A stretch of 64,000 bases of DNA from assembly GCA_032128875.1 (NCBI GenBank), contig JAVLKG010000006.1, positions 256,001 to 320,000 on the forward strand. Reading direction: 5' to 3'. A program made the translations under genes and the position numbers. Positions within the stretch are counted from its first letter, which is position 1, and each line of letters opens with the position of its first letter. Positions 47,418-55,605 of this stretch are shown here, piece after piece. This stretch comes from Candidatus Melainabacteria bacterium 17Bon1m. Its GTDB lineage: Bacteria > Cyanobacteriota > Vampirovibrionia > Obscuribacterales > Obscuribacteraceae. The notes under the pieces are model-generated. The model had not been told where the DNA came from and did no database searches. It was given only the letters and a program-made list of their open reading frames with translations.

Positions 47418-50400
47418 ATGACCCTAACCGACCTCTTCATTCGCCGCTCTGTAATGACCACACTGGTCATGGTGGCGATTTTTGTGTTTGGTTTGCTTGG
47501 CTATTCGACTCTGCCCGTCAACAATTTGCCTAACGTCGACTTCCCGACTTTGCAGGTCAGTGCGCAGTTGCCTGGTGCTAACCCGGACACTATGGCTTCG
47601 GCCGTTGCTACGCCACTGGAGAGGCAATTTTCCACAATCGCCGGTCTAGAGGCGATGAACTCCGTCAGTGCAATTGGATTGACCAATGTCACATTGCAGT
47701 TCAACTTAAATCGCGATATCGATGCTGCCGCACAAGATGTGCAAGCCGCTATTGCCGCCGCACAATCGCAGTTGCCGCCGGGAATGCCGACGCCGCCTAC
47801 CGCTAAAAAGGTCAATCCTGCCGATCAACCGATTCTCTACCTGGCTGTAAGTTCGCCGACGCTGCCGCTTTTTCAGGTCGATGAATATGCTGAGACCATA
47901 ATCGCGCAGCGCTTGTCGATGATAAGCGGCGTGGCGCAGGTTCAAGTTTTGGCGCCGCAGAAATTCGCAGTTCGTGCCCAGCTCGATCCAAATGCATTAG
48001 CGACGCGCGGAATTGGTATTGACGAGGTCACGAATGCGATTCGTCAGGGCAACGTCAATTTGCCTTCCGGCGCTTTGTATGGGCGTTTTCAATCATACAT
48101 GGTGCAGCCGAACGGACAATTGTTGACGGCTTCTCAGTATGAGCCACTCATAGTTGCATACAAGGATGGATCTCCAGTCCGGCTGAAAGAAGTCGGAAAG
48201 GCGATTGATAGTGTTGAAAACGATAAGACCGCAAGTTGGTTCAACAAAACACGCGCAATTGTACTTGGCGTTCAGCGGCAGCCCGGCAGCAATACCGTCG
48301 AGATTGTCGATAACATCAACAAAGTGATGCCATCGCTGCGCGCGCAAATACCTGCATCAGTCGCAATCGACACACTCTACGATCGCTCTCAAAGTATTCG
48401 TGAGTCGGTTCGAGATGTTGAACTTACGCTTGCCCTTTCGGTCGTTCTCGTCGTAATCGTTATCTTTTTGTTCTTGCGCAATGTTTCTGCCACGCTGATT
48501 CCCAGCCTTGCTTTGCCGTTTTCGCTTGTGGGAACGTGCGGCGCGATGAGCTTGTTGGGGTTTAGCATCAACAACCTTTCTCTGATGGCTTTAACGCTGT
48601 CTGTGGGTTTTGTCGTGGATGATGCGATTGTCGTTTTGGAAAACATTGTTAGGCACCAGGAAGCCGGAGAGACAAGAATGAACGCGGCGCTCAAGGGGTC
48701 GCGCGAGATTGTTTTTACTATCTTGTCCATGACTATTTCACTTGTCGCTGTTTTTATTCCGATTTTGTTCATGGGTGGTATCGTCGGTCGCTTATTCAAC
48801 GAATTTGCCGTCACGATCAGCTGTGCGATTTTGATCTCCGGTATTGTTTCTCTTAGCCTTACACCGCTCTTGTGCAGCCGTTTTCTGAGTGCACACTCCA
48901 CCAGCAATTCGAAGCTGCTCGGCTTTACAGAGAAAATATTCGAATCATGGACTCGCCTGTACGAGCGTACTTTGCGCGTTACTCTCCGGCATCCGCGGCT
49001 GACTTTTATTTCTTTCCTCGTGATGACGGCAATGACAGCGATGTTGTTCGTCAAGATTCCCAAAGGCTTTATGCCGACTGAGGACATAGATCAAATCTTT
49101 GGATTGACCGAAGGTGTACAGGGCATTTCTTTTGACGACATGGTGCGGCACCAGAAAGAACTCGCAGAGATTGCGATGAGCAATCCGAATGTGAAAGACA
49201 TCATGTCTTCTGTCGGTGCCGGTGGACCTAACGTTGCCGGTAATACCGGACGTATCTTTATGCACCTGAAGCCTCGCGCAGAAAGAAAACAATCGGCAGA
49301 GCAGATTATCGCGGATTTGCGAAAGAAATTTGCGATGGTGCCGGGTATTAAAATCTTTCTGCAAAATCCTCCATCTATCCGCATCGGCGGTCAGTTGACG
49401 AAGAGTCTGTATCAGGTTTCGTTGCAGAGTTCAAACACCGAACAGCTATACCAAAGTACGCTAGATCTTGAAAAACTTCTGCGTGAGCATCCTGACTTTC
49501 AAGACGTAACCACAGACCTGCAAATCAACAGCCCGCAAATTGATGTTCGTATGGATAGAGACAAAGCTGCGACGCTAGGACTATCCGCAGAACAAGTCGA
49601 AGATGCGCTGTCCAGCGCCTACGGCAACAGGATGGTTTCTACAATCTACGCGCCCAGCAATCAGTATCGCGTAATTGTAGAGCTCGAGCCTGAATATCGT
49701 GTTACGCCGAATTCGATGCCTTTGCTGTATGTGCGTTCGAAGGCAGGCGAGTTGGTTCCGCTAAGTGCAGTGGCGAAGCTTGTGCCTTCGGTCGGACCTC
49801 TGCTTGTCAACCACGTCGGTCAGATGCCCTCCGCCACTGTGTCATTCAACTTGAAGCCGGGCGCATCCCTGGGAGACGCGGTAAAAGTAGTCGAGTCCAA
49901 CGCGAAGAAAGTCTTGCCCGACGGTGTCAGCTATCGCTTTATGGGCAGCGCAGAAGCTTTCCAGTCGTCGCTCAAGGGCATGTGGTCGATGCTGATTTTG
50001 TCCATCGTCGTTATCTATATTGTTCTCGGAATTTTGTACGAAAGCTTCTTGCACCCCATAACTATTCTCGGCGGATTGCCGCCGGCTGGGCTGGGAGCGC
50101 TCATTACGCTGTACATTTGCAAGATTGATTTGAACATCTATGCCTTCTTGGGGCTAATCCTTCTTATAGGTATCGTCAAGAAAAACGCGATCATGATGGT
50201 CGATTTTGCGCTTGATGCGCAGCGCAATCACGGCAAAAGCCCGGACGAAGCCATTTATGAAGCGTGCATTGTGCGTTTTCGCCCCATTATGATGACGACG
50301 ATGGCGGCGATTATGAGCAGTGTGCCGCTGGCATTGGGTTGGGGGGCAGGCGGAGAGTCTCGCCAGCCACTAGGTTTGGCTGTTTTCGGCGGGTTGATGG

Positions 50401-50513
50401 TTTCTCAACTCGTTACCTTATATATAACTCCGATTTTCTATTTGGCTTTTGAAGGTTTGAAAGCAAAGTTTAGCCAGGCACAGCCTACTGCGACCAGCCG
50501 CCGGTCTGTTTGA
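47418..50513 (+). CDS. RND efflux permease (MdtB/MdtC-like, AcrB family)
   Basis: LPNVDFPT, GFVVDDAIVVLENI, GIVKKNAIMMVDFA, RFRPIMMTT. Confidence 0.95.
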   Translation: MTLTDLFIRRSVMTTLVMVAIFVFGLLGYSTLPVNNLPNVDFPTLQVSAQLPGANPDTMASAVATPLERQFSTIAGLEAMNSVSAIGLTNVTLQFNLNRDIDAAAQDVQAAIAAAQSQLPPGMPTPPTAKKVNPADQPILYLAVSSPTLPLFQVDEYAETIIAQRLSMISGVAQVQVLAPQKFAVRAQLDPNALATRGIGIDEVTNAIRQGNVNLPSGALYGRFQSYMVQPNGQLLTASQYEPLIVAYKDGSPVRLKEVGKAIDSVENDKTASWFNKTRAIVLGVQRQPGSNTVEIVDNINKVMPSLRAQIPASVAIDTLYDRSQSIRESVRDVELTLALSVVLVVIVIFLFLRNVSATLIPSLALPFSLVGTCGAMSLLGFSINNLSLMALTLSVGFVVDDAIVVLENIVRHQEAGETRMNAALKGSREIVFTILSMTISLVAVFIPILFMGGIVGRLFNEFAVTISCAILISGIVSLSLTPLLCSRFLSAHSTSNSKLLGFTEKIFESWTRLYERTLRVTLRHPRLTFISFLVMTAMTAMLFVKIPKGFMPTEDIDQIFGLTEGVQGISFDDMVRHQKELAEIAMSNPNVKDIMSSVGAGGPNVAGNTGRIFMHLKPRAERKQSAEQIIADLRKKFAMVPGIKIFLQNPPSIRIGGQLTKSLYQVSLQSSNTEQLYQSTLDLEKLLREHPDFQDVTTDLQINSPQIDVRMDRDKAATLGLSAEQVEDALSSAYGNRMVSTIYAPSNQYRVIVELEPEYRVTPNSMPLLYVRSKAGELVPLSAVAKLVPSVGPLLVNHVGQMPSATVSFNLKPGASLGDAVKVVESNAKKVLPDGVSYRFMGSAEAFQSSLKGMWSMLILSIVVIYIVLGILYESFLHPITILGGLPPAGLGALITLYICKIDLNIYAFLGLILLIGIVKKNAIMMVDFALDAQRNHGKSPDEAIYEACIVRFRPIMMTTMAAIMSSVPLALGWGAGGESRQPLGLAVFGGLMVSQLVTLYITPIFYLAFEGLKAKFSQAQPTATSRRSV

Positions 50514-50578
50514 CGCCTTCTTTGTATGAGTTTTCTCTGTTTTTGCATTTTTTCAATCAATTTGCATTTTGTTTGACT

Positions 50579-50611
50579 CGTCAAACGAATGTCATGCCGC
50601 TCGTATAAATT
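50579..50611 (+). promoter_or_regulatory. PhoB/OmpR-type direct-repeat box plus -10 element (copy 1)
   Basis: CGTCAAACGAATGTCAT (GTCA-N7-GTCA), 10-nt spacer, TAAATT. Confidence 0.65.
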
Positions 50612-50615
50612 GCAA

Positions 50616-50762
50616 GTGTTGGAAGCGGCACCGCAAACGGAAGACACCGAGATGCACCGATGACCGCGGTCTAAAAACTGAGAAACACTTCCGACACAGT
50701 TTGAACGGAGAGGTCGGGAAGAGCCAAAGCCAACTTGTTTGGATTGGCTCTTTTCACTTTTT
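50616..50762 (+). ncRNA. Candidate small structured RNA 1
   Basis: Begins just after the copy-1 -10 element; closing stem GTGTTGGAAG/CTTCCGACAC (50616-50625 with 50688-50697); terminal hairpin AAGAGCCAA/TTGGCTCTT followed by a T-rich run. Confidence 0.45.
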
Positions 50763-50869
50763 GATTATGGTGCAAAGTGCACAGTGCAAATTGTATGAAT
50801 AATGGCTCAATGAGCCATCTTTAAGAGTCATTCTTTTTTTGTTTCTGAATTTCAATGCAAATGTTCAAA

Positions 50870-50902
50870 CGTCAAGCGAATGTCATATCGATGGATTATT
50901 GT
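50870..50902 (+). promoter_or_regulatory. PhoB/OmpR-type direct-repeat box plus -10 element (copy 2)
   Basis: CGTCAAGCGAATGTCAT, 10-nt spacer, TATTGT. Confidence 0.65.
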
Positions 50903-50908
50903 TTTTCG

Positions 50909-50995
50909 TGTGGGGAGGAGGAAGGGAGACGAATTCCCACATTTACTAAGCATTGATCCAACAAGGGATCAACACCCCGGTCCCTTGTATCTTGC
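50909..50995 (+). ncRNA. Candidate small structured RNA 2
   Basis: TGTGGG/CCCACA stem enclosing the purine-rich GAGGAGGAAGGGAGA; second hairpin ACAAGGGATC/GGTCCCTTGT (50961-50988). Confidence 0.35.
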
Positions 50996-51038
50996 GCTAC
51001 TCAAACCTAAAGACCCTGAATAGCGCCACCTAACGGTC

Positions 51039-51071
51039 CGTCAAACGAATGTCATACGGTTGCGTTAGGGT
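51039..51071 (+). promoter_or_regulatory. PhoB/OmpR-type direct-repeat box plus -10 element (copy 3)
   Basis: CGTCAAACGAATGTCAT, 10-nt spacer, TAGGGT. Confidence 0.65.
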
Positions 51072-51195
51072 AGACGAGTCGATAGCAGCGATTCCAATTT
51101 TTGACAGATGGAATTGAAGAAATCGAGTCACGAAAATCCCCTTGACCTTACGTGTTCCCGCACCAAATATGGTGCTTTCTTTAGAGGACGTTTTC

Positions 51196-51993
51196 ATGGA
51201 AAACATCAGAGAAGCAGCCTCCGCAGTCTACGAATCCAGCGAACATAAAGGCGACAACGCCGCTCGCCAGCAGGCTGTAGACCTTTTGAATGAGCCAGAC
51301 GTTAAAGGCAATCTTACCGCCGTAACCCAACAGCTCGAATCAACAGGAACATTGCCGCAACTGGTAATTTCCGAATTCGATCGTCTTGATGGGGATGGAA
51401 ATGGCAACCTCACTTGGGATGAACTTCAAAAGGCTTCGACAGGCGGTTCTGCTGACGCACTTACGAAAATGGCTGCAGACTATGCAATCAAGCGATGGGA
51501 TAACATCACCGATTCCGATGATATTCCTGGACTTAATTGGTTGCCGGATAATGAAATTTCAAAAGACGAAATCAATAAGTTCCGCGATAGCCAGAGAGCG
51601 TCGAGAGTGGCTGAGCCATCTGAGATGTATAAGGCAGATCGCGTGATCAACAATGAGACGTCTGAAAACGAACTTCAAACACTGCTTACACGCAATGCTT
51701 CAAGCCCTGAGCAGCAATTGAAAGCTATCGAGTCACTATTAGCCCAAGGTAAAAAGAGTTTTGAAATGACTGATCTTGATGGTAATAAGTACACCGTCAG
51801 TATCAATGTTCAAAAGGACAGAGGCGTAGAGTACATCTCACTGCAAGCTAATGATGACGGCAGTACTTATCCATTACTGAGAGCAGTCAACCGCAACGGA
51901 GTATACGAACAGCAGACAAGAGATGGTCAGCCTGTTTCCTGGTATGGAACTCAGTGGCAGCAACTCCACCCGGGAAGTGCATTCGCAATGTAG
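51196..51993 (+). CDS. EF-hand-containing hypothetical protein without signal peptide
   Basis: Likely start MENIRE at 51196 after GAGGA; loop DGDGNGNLTWDE. Confidence 0.7.
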   Translation: MENIREAASAVYESSEHKGDNAARQQAVDLLNEPDVKGNLTAVTQQLESTGTLPQLVISEFDRLDGDGNGNLTWDELQKASTGGSADALTKMAADYAIKRWDNITDSDDIPGLNWLPDNEISKDEINKFRDSQRASRVAEPSEMYKADRVINNETSENELQTLLTRNASSPEQQLKAIESLLAQGKKSFEMTDLDGNKYTVSINVQKDRGVEYISLQANDDGSTYPLLRAVNRNGVYEQQTRDGQPVSWYGTQWQQLHPGSAFAM

Positions 51994-52018
51994 TTATAAC
52001 AAGAATTACTCGCAAGGG

Positions 52019-52048
52019 AAGAGGAGCTGCAGCAATGTAGCTCCTCTT
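52019..52048. terminator. Hairpin between convergent genes, probable terminator
   Basis: AAGAGGAGCTGCA-GCAA-TGTAGCTCCTCTT. Confidence 0.65.
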
Positions 52049-52061
52049 AAATTTTGCTGTT

Positions 52062-52736
52062 CTACTGCTCTTCGACTTTGTATCCGACACCAACTACGGT
52101 GGTGATGTAGGAAGGTCTATCGGAAACATCGATCTTCGTGCGCAAACGTTTTACGCATTGTCTGATCGCATCTACCGAAACTTCCGTGTCACCCGCCCAA
52201 AGTTTGTCTACTAGCTGGTCGGGAGTAAACACCAGATTGCGATTGCGAATCAAAAAGTCCAGCAGCGCAAATTCTTTTGGCAGCAGCCTAATCTCTTCTC
52301 CGCGACGCAGGCAGCGAAATGCTTTGGTATCAAGTTCGATATCGGACCAACGAATGATTTCGCTGGAAAGCTCTTTCGGGCGTCGCAGCAGCGCCGAAAC
52401 ACGCGCTCTAAATTCGCGCATGTCGTATGGCTTTGGCAAATAATCGTCAGCGCCGGAGTCAAGTCCGGTCAGCTTTTCGTCGATAGTGCTACGCCCGGTC
52501 AAGAACAAAACCGGTGTCGAGCCACCATTGCTTCTGAATTTCTTCAGAACCTCCAGCCCGTCCATACCCGGCAGTCCCCAGTCCAAAATGACCAGGTCAT
52601 ATTGAAAACGCTGCAAACTTTCCCACGCATCAGCTCCATCGGATAGAGCATCGACCGTGTGCTTTTCATGGACGAGCACGTCCACCAGAGCGTCGAGAAT
52701 CTCTTGGTCGTCTTCTACTACAATGATTTTTGACAT
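52062..52736 (-). CDS. OmpR/PhoB family response regulator (no adjacent kinase)
   Basis: IIVVEDD, DLVILDWGLPGMDG, GADDYLPKPY, KEFALL, ITTVVGVGY. Confidence 0.95.
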   Translation of the reverse strand: MSKIIVVEDDQEILDALVDVLVHEKHTVDALSDGADAWESLQRFQYDLVILDWGLPGMDGLEVLKKFRSNGGSTPVLFLTGRSTIDEKLTGLDSGADDYLPKPYDMREFRARVSALLRRPKELSSEIIRWSDIELDTKAFRCLRRGEEIRLLPKEFALLDFLIRNRNLVFTPDQLVDKLWAGDTEVSVDAIRQCVKRLRTKIDVSDRPSYITTVVGVGYKVEEQ

Positions 52737-52911
52737 GTTTCCGGCAACCGCTCGGTCGGTAACCCCATGCGTTATTGTGCCACGACTGACAAGGTTTCAA
52801 GACAATCTCGTCACCCGGGGATGTCATATGGATGTGGCGGTTGGATATTGCCACGATAAAATACACTACGGTATGCGGTAATCGCGGCTATCAAGGAGTA
52901 CGCGCCTTTCT

Positions 52912-53736
52912 ATGGCTAACGACAATCAGCGCGACCGCCTCGACCTTGCTCTCAAGGCAATGAGCGATGCATCAATAGAAAACTCAGAAGAAGTCATTAT
53001 CAAGATAATTACTTCTCTGGAGGAAGAGTTTGGCGACAATCAGAAAACCATCGCCGAAGAATTGCAGAAGATTTCGCGTCAGATAGAGCAAACTGGCAAG
53101 GCTGACGTTGCAATGGACTTCAAGCAGCGGACGACGTCGGCAATGCTTCGGCTCAATATGGAGAGGCGTCGTGGGTTACGACCGCCAGCGATTATTCCGG
53201 GCGCTCCGGCGACGGGGGCTTCTTCCTCTGGTGCATCGAGAGGACCCAGCTCTTATTCGTCATCTTCTTCCAACTCATCCAATTATCCAGGTGCCTCATA
53301 CTCATCATCCCCTGCTTCATCGGCATCCACCGCCTCCCAGGCATCAGCCGCATCCGCTTCCGGCAGGTCGTCCGTATCTGTTGCGCCAAGTGTCCGTATT
53401 GAAGGCACGCAGGTCGAATATCTGGTGCATCCATCGCGCGATGTGAGAGCCGATGCTAGAGCGTTTTGCGATGTCTTGAAAGGTCAGAAAATCTGGGAGT
53501 CTGCAGGTGGAAACATTTGTGCAATTAAGTTTCCTGCTGGGCCTCAAGTGATTATCGTTGAGGAAATTGCCTTTACCTGCTCGGTTGTTTTTTCTGTCTC
53601 AAACTTTGAGAAGGTCGCTGACGACCTGGATGCGCAAGGCTATCAGATCGTAGGATCTGTTGCTACGCCTTCTGGCTCTGCAAGCGTGTTCGCCTCTGAC
53701 TGCGGCAGCAAATTTGCGCTGATTGCGCGCAAGTAA
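52912..53736 (+). CDS. Hypothetical protein: helical N-terminus, Ser-rich linker, VOC/glyoxalase-like C-terminus
   Basis: AAGGAG RBS; C-terminal YLVHPSRDVRADARAF..VFSVSNFEKVADDLDAQG..FASDCGSKFAL. Confidence 0.6.
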   Translation: MANDNQRDRLDLALKAMSDASIENSEEVIIKIITSLEEEFGDNQKTIAEELQKISRQIEQTGKADVAMDFKQRTTSAMLRLNMERRRGLRPPAIIPGAPATGASSSGASRGPSSYSSSSSNSSNYPGASYSSSPASSASTASQASAASASGRSSVSVAPSVRIEGTQVEYLVHPSRDVRADARAFCDVLKGQKIWESAGGNICAIKFPAGPQVIIVEEIAFTCSVVFSVSNFEKVADDLDAQGYQIVGSVATPSGSASVFASDCGSKFALIARK

Positions 53737-53749
53737 TTAAGGAAGAAAC

Positions 53750-53896
53750 GGGCGCGTGCAACGCGCCCCCACGCCTCTGCTTAGCCACGCTTGCTTGCAC
53801 GGCATCACGCCCACACGCCTATGCTAAGCCACCCCCGCTTGCACGGCACCACGCCCGCGCGTATATTCAATGGTCGAAGCATGGCGTCGCCCCCAC
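53750..53896. repeat. REP-like palindromes flanking two 44-bp tandem repeats
   Basis: 53750-53774 is identical to 16550-16574; 44-bp units at 53764 and 53808; a further degenerate REP at 53872-53896. Confidence 0.75.
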
Positions 53897-53897
53897 C

Positions 53898-54341
53898 TTA
53901 CATGAGGTCGCGGAGAACCTGCAAAACCTTCTCCGGCATTGGCGCGGAGCGACGTGTTGTTTCATCAGTTAAGACAATTACTGACTCCGCAGTCGAGCAG
54001 CACTCTCCATCTTTGAACAATGCTTGCCCGCATGTGAACGAGCTTTTGCCGATATGGTTTACTCTAGTTCCGACTTCAACGGTACCCGGAAAATTCATTT
54101 CTTTCAAAAAATCTAGAGACAGTTTTGCGATGACAAATGCATAGCCATCGTCGGCAATGGTGCCATATTCGTGACAGAGAAATGCAACACGGCCGGACTC
54201 GAAAAATGTGCAGTAGGCTGCGTTGTTGATGTGTCCTTGTCTGTCTGTGTCGCCATATCGCAAAGTGACTGGCGTCCAAAGTTTGTAGAACTCTCTTTCT
54301 GTAGAGCTAACGGTGCTTCGTTTTGTATCGCTGCTTGTCAC
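53898..54341 (-). CDS. Acyl-CoA thioesterase (4HBT/FcbC hotdog fold)
   Basis: LRYGDTDRQGHINNAAYCTFFESGR, IGKSSF. Confidence 0.9.
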   Translation of the reverse strand: MTSSDTKRSTVSSTEREFYKLWTPVTLRYGDTDRQGHINNAAYCTFFESGRVAFLCHEYGTIADDGYAFVIAKLSLDFLKEMNFPGTVEVGTRVNHIGKSSFTCGQALFKDGECCSTAESVIVLTDETTRRSAPMPEKVLQVLRDLM

Positions 54342-54727
54342 TGGCTTTTTCCTGCTCTTTCTTTAGACTCTCGATTTTCGAACTTGATCTTGAGATCTGT
54401 TTCGATGCGATCGATTGCTGCAGACTCGACGAGTAAGCCGATGCGCTCATAAGTTTTCCACAACTCTGACCATTGCATAACAACAATCACACGCTGCGAG
54501 TATTTTTTCGCCAACTGAGTAACCTTCGCGTTTCCGCTTTTGAGAAATTCCATATCGTCGAGCTTCGAGCATTTACGACAATGCACTTCGCGTTCGTCTT
54601 TGCCCGGTGCAAATTTGACAATGCTACCTGGCTCTTGCTTCCCATCACAGTTAAAGCAGCGGCTCGCCCGTATCAGTGAGTAGACTGGCGGTTCTTTTGC
54701 GGCTTTCTTGGCTTGTTCGCTCATCAA
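54338..54727 (-). CDS. Hypothetical protein with two CxxC motifs
   Basis: CFNC and CRKC; LKSGNAKVT..WKTYERIGLLVE; overlaps both neighbours by 4 nt. Confidence 0.7.
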   Translation of the reverse strand: MMSEQAKKAAKEPPVYSLIRASRCFNCDGKQEPGSIVKFAPGKDEREVHCRKCSKLDDMEFLKSGNAKVTQLAKKYSQRVIVVMQWSELWKTYERIGLLVESAAIDRIETDLKIKFENRESKERAGKSQ

Positions 54728-55383
54728 TTAACGTCAGTACCGATACCGTGTTTTTGCATGTAGCGATAATTGTACTGGTTTACTGCTTTTTCAAAGTCAG
54801 CACCCGAGACGCTCGCCGCAGCGGATTCGCCTAGGACGGCAGCGGCCTGCTTTCTGTCTCTTGCAAGTAGTGCATCGCGTACAGTGGCTTGGCTTGTCAT
54901 GTCTGCGCGCGTTATGTCCGGATTTCCTTGACGGAGAACCGACATAATTGATGTCTTGTACGCTTCGCTCCACTGGCTACCGCGACCAAAGCCGGCTACG
55001 ATTGCCGCTGCATTTTTGTCCTCGACTGCTTCAAAACTATCGCTCGCCTTTACGCGGCCTAATTTCTTGCCGGTTTGTTGTTCCAGCTCGCGAAGTTGTG
55101 CATTGACAGCCTCACGCAACTGCGCCGGGCTGTCCTTCACATAGGTATCTTCTGTGCCGAGCATTGCCTCGACCCGTTTGGCAAACGGCTTTTCCGGATC
55201 TGTGGCGCCCTGCATTGACGCACGCACAATACTGTTGTCGTTTTGCGACCACTGAGCCGCCACCTCAATGGCGCTGGGCTCACGCTCGGCCGCCCCTTCG
55301 GTGTTGGCGTTCATTGCGCCCAACTCAAAACCCTGCAATTGCTTGCCCTGAGCGGCTTTTCCGTCGTCAAATGCCATTGCCAC
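54724..55383 (-). CDS. Hypothetical protein
   Basis: 219-aa ORF with GGGAG RBS, coupled to the downstream genes. Confidence 0.65.
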   Translation of the reverse strand: MAMAFDDGKAAQGKQLQGFELGAMNANTEGAAEREPSAIEVAAQWSQNDNSIVRASMQGATDPEKPFAKRVEAMLGTEDTYVKDSPAQLREAVNAQLRELEQQTGKKLGRVKASDSFEAVEDKNAAAIVAGFGRGSQWSEAYKTSIMSVLRQGNPDITRADMTSQATVRDALLARDRKQAAAVLGESAAASVSGADFEKAVNQYNYRYMQKHGIGTDVN

Positions 55384-55605
55384 AGTCTCCCTGGAATGTT
55401 TCCCTAATTTATATGCCCTTTCAGGTACATTTTTAGACTATAAGTTCTGTATTGCCCGCAGAGTGGCTGTTTGGGGGCTTTGTCAAATGATTGAGGGCAG
55501 ACCCGGAAACCGGCAAGGAGCCATCGGGCTTAGCTCTTTGTGCTATATGTTCAATGAGAGCGTTTGAAAACGCTGTGGAATCTGCAGGTGTTTGTTTTGG
55601 GTACT

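Noticed and set aside
52809-52830. Fourth copy of the GTCA direct-repeat box upstream of the response regulator
   Set aside because: The GTCA half-sites are 13 bp apart rather than 11, and no TAnnnT follows at the 10-nt spacing
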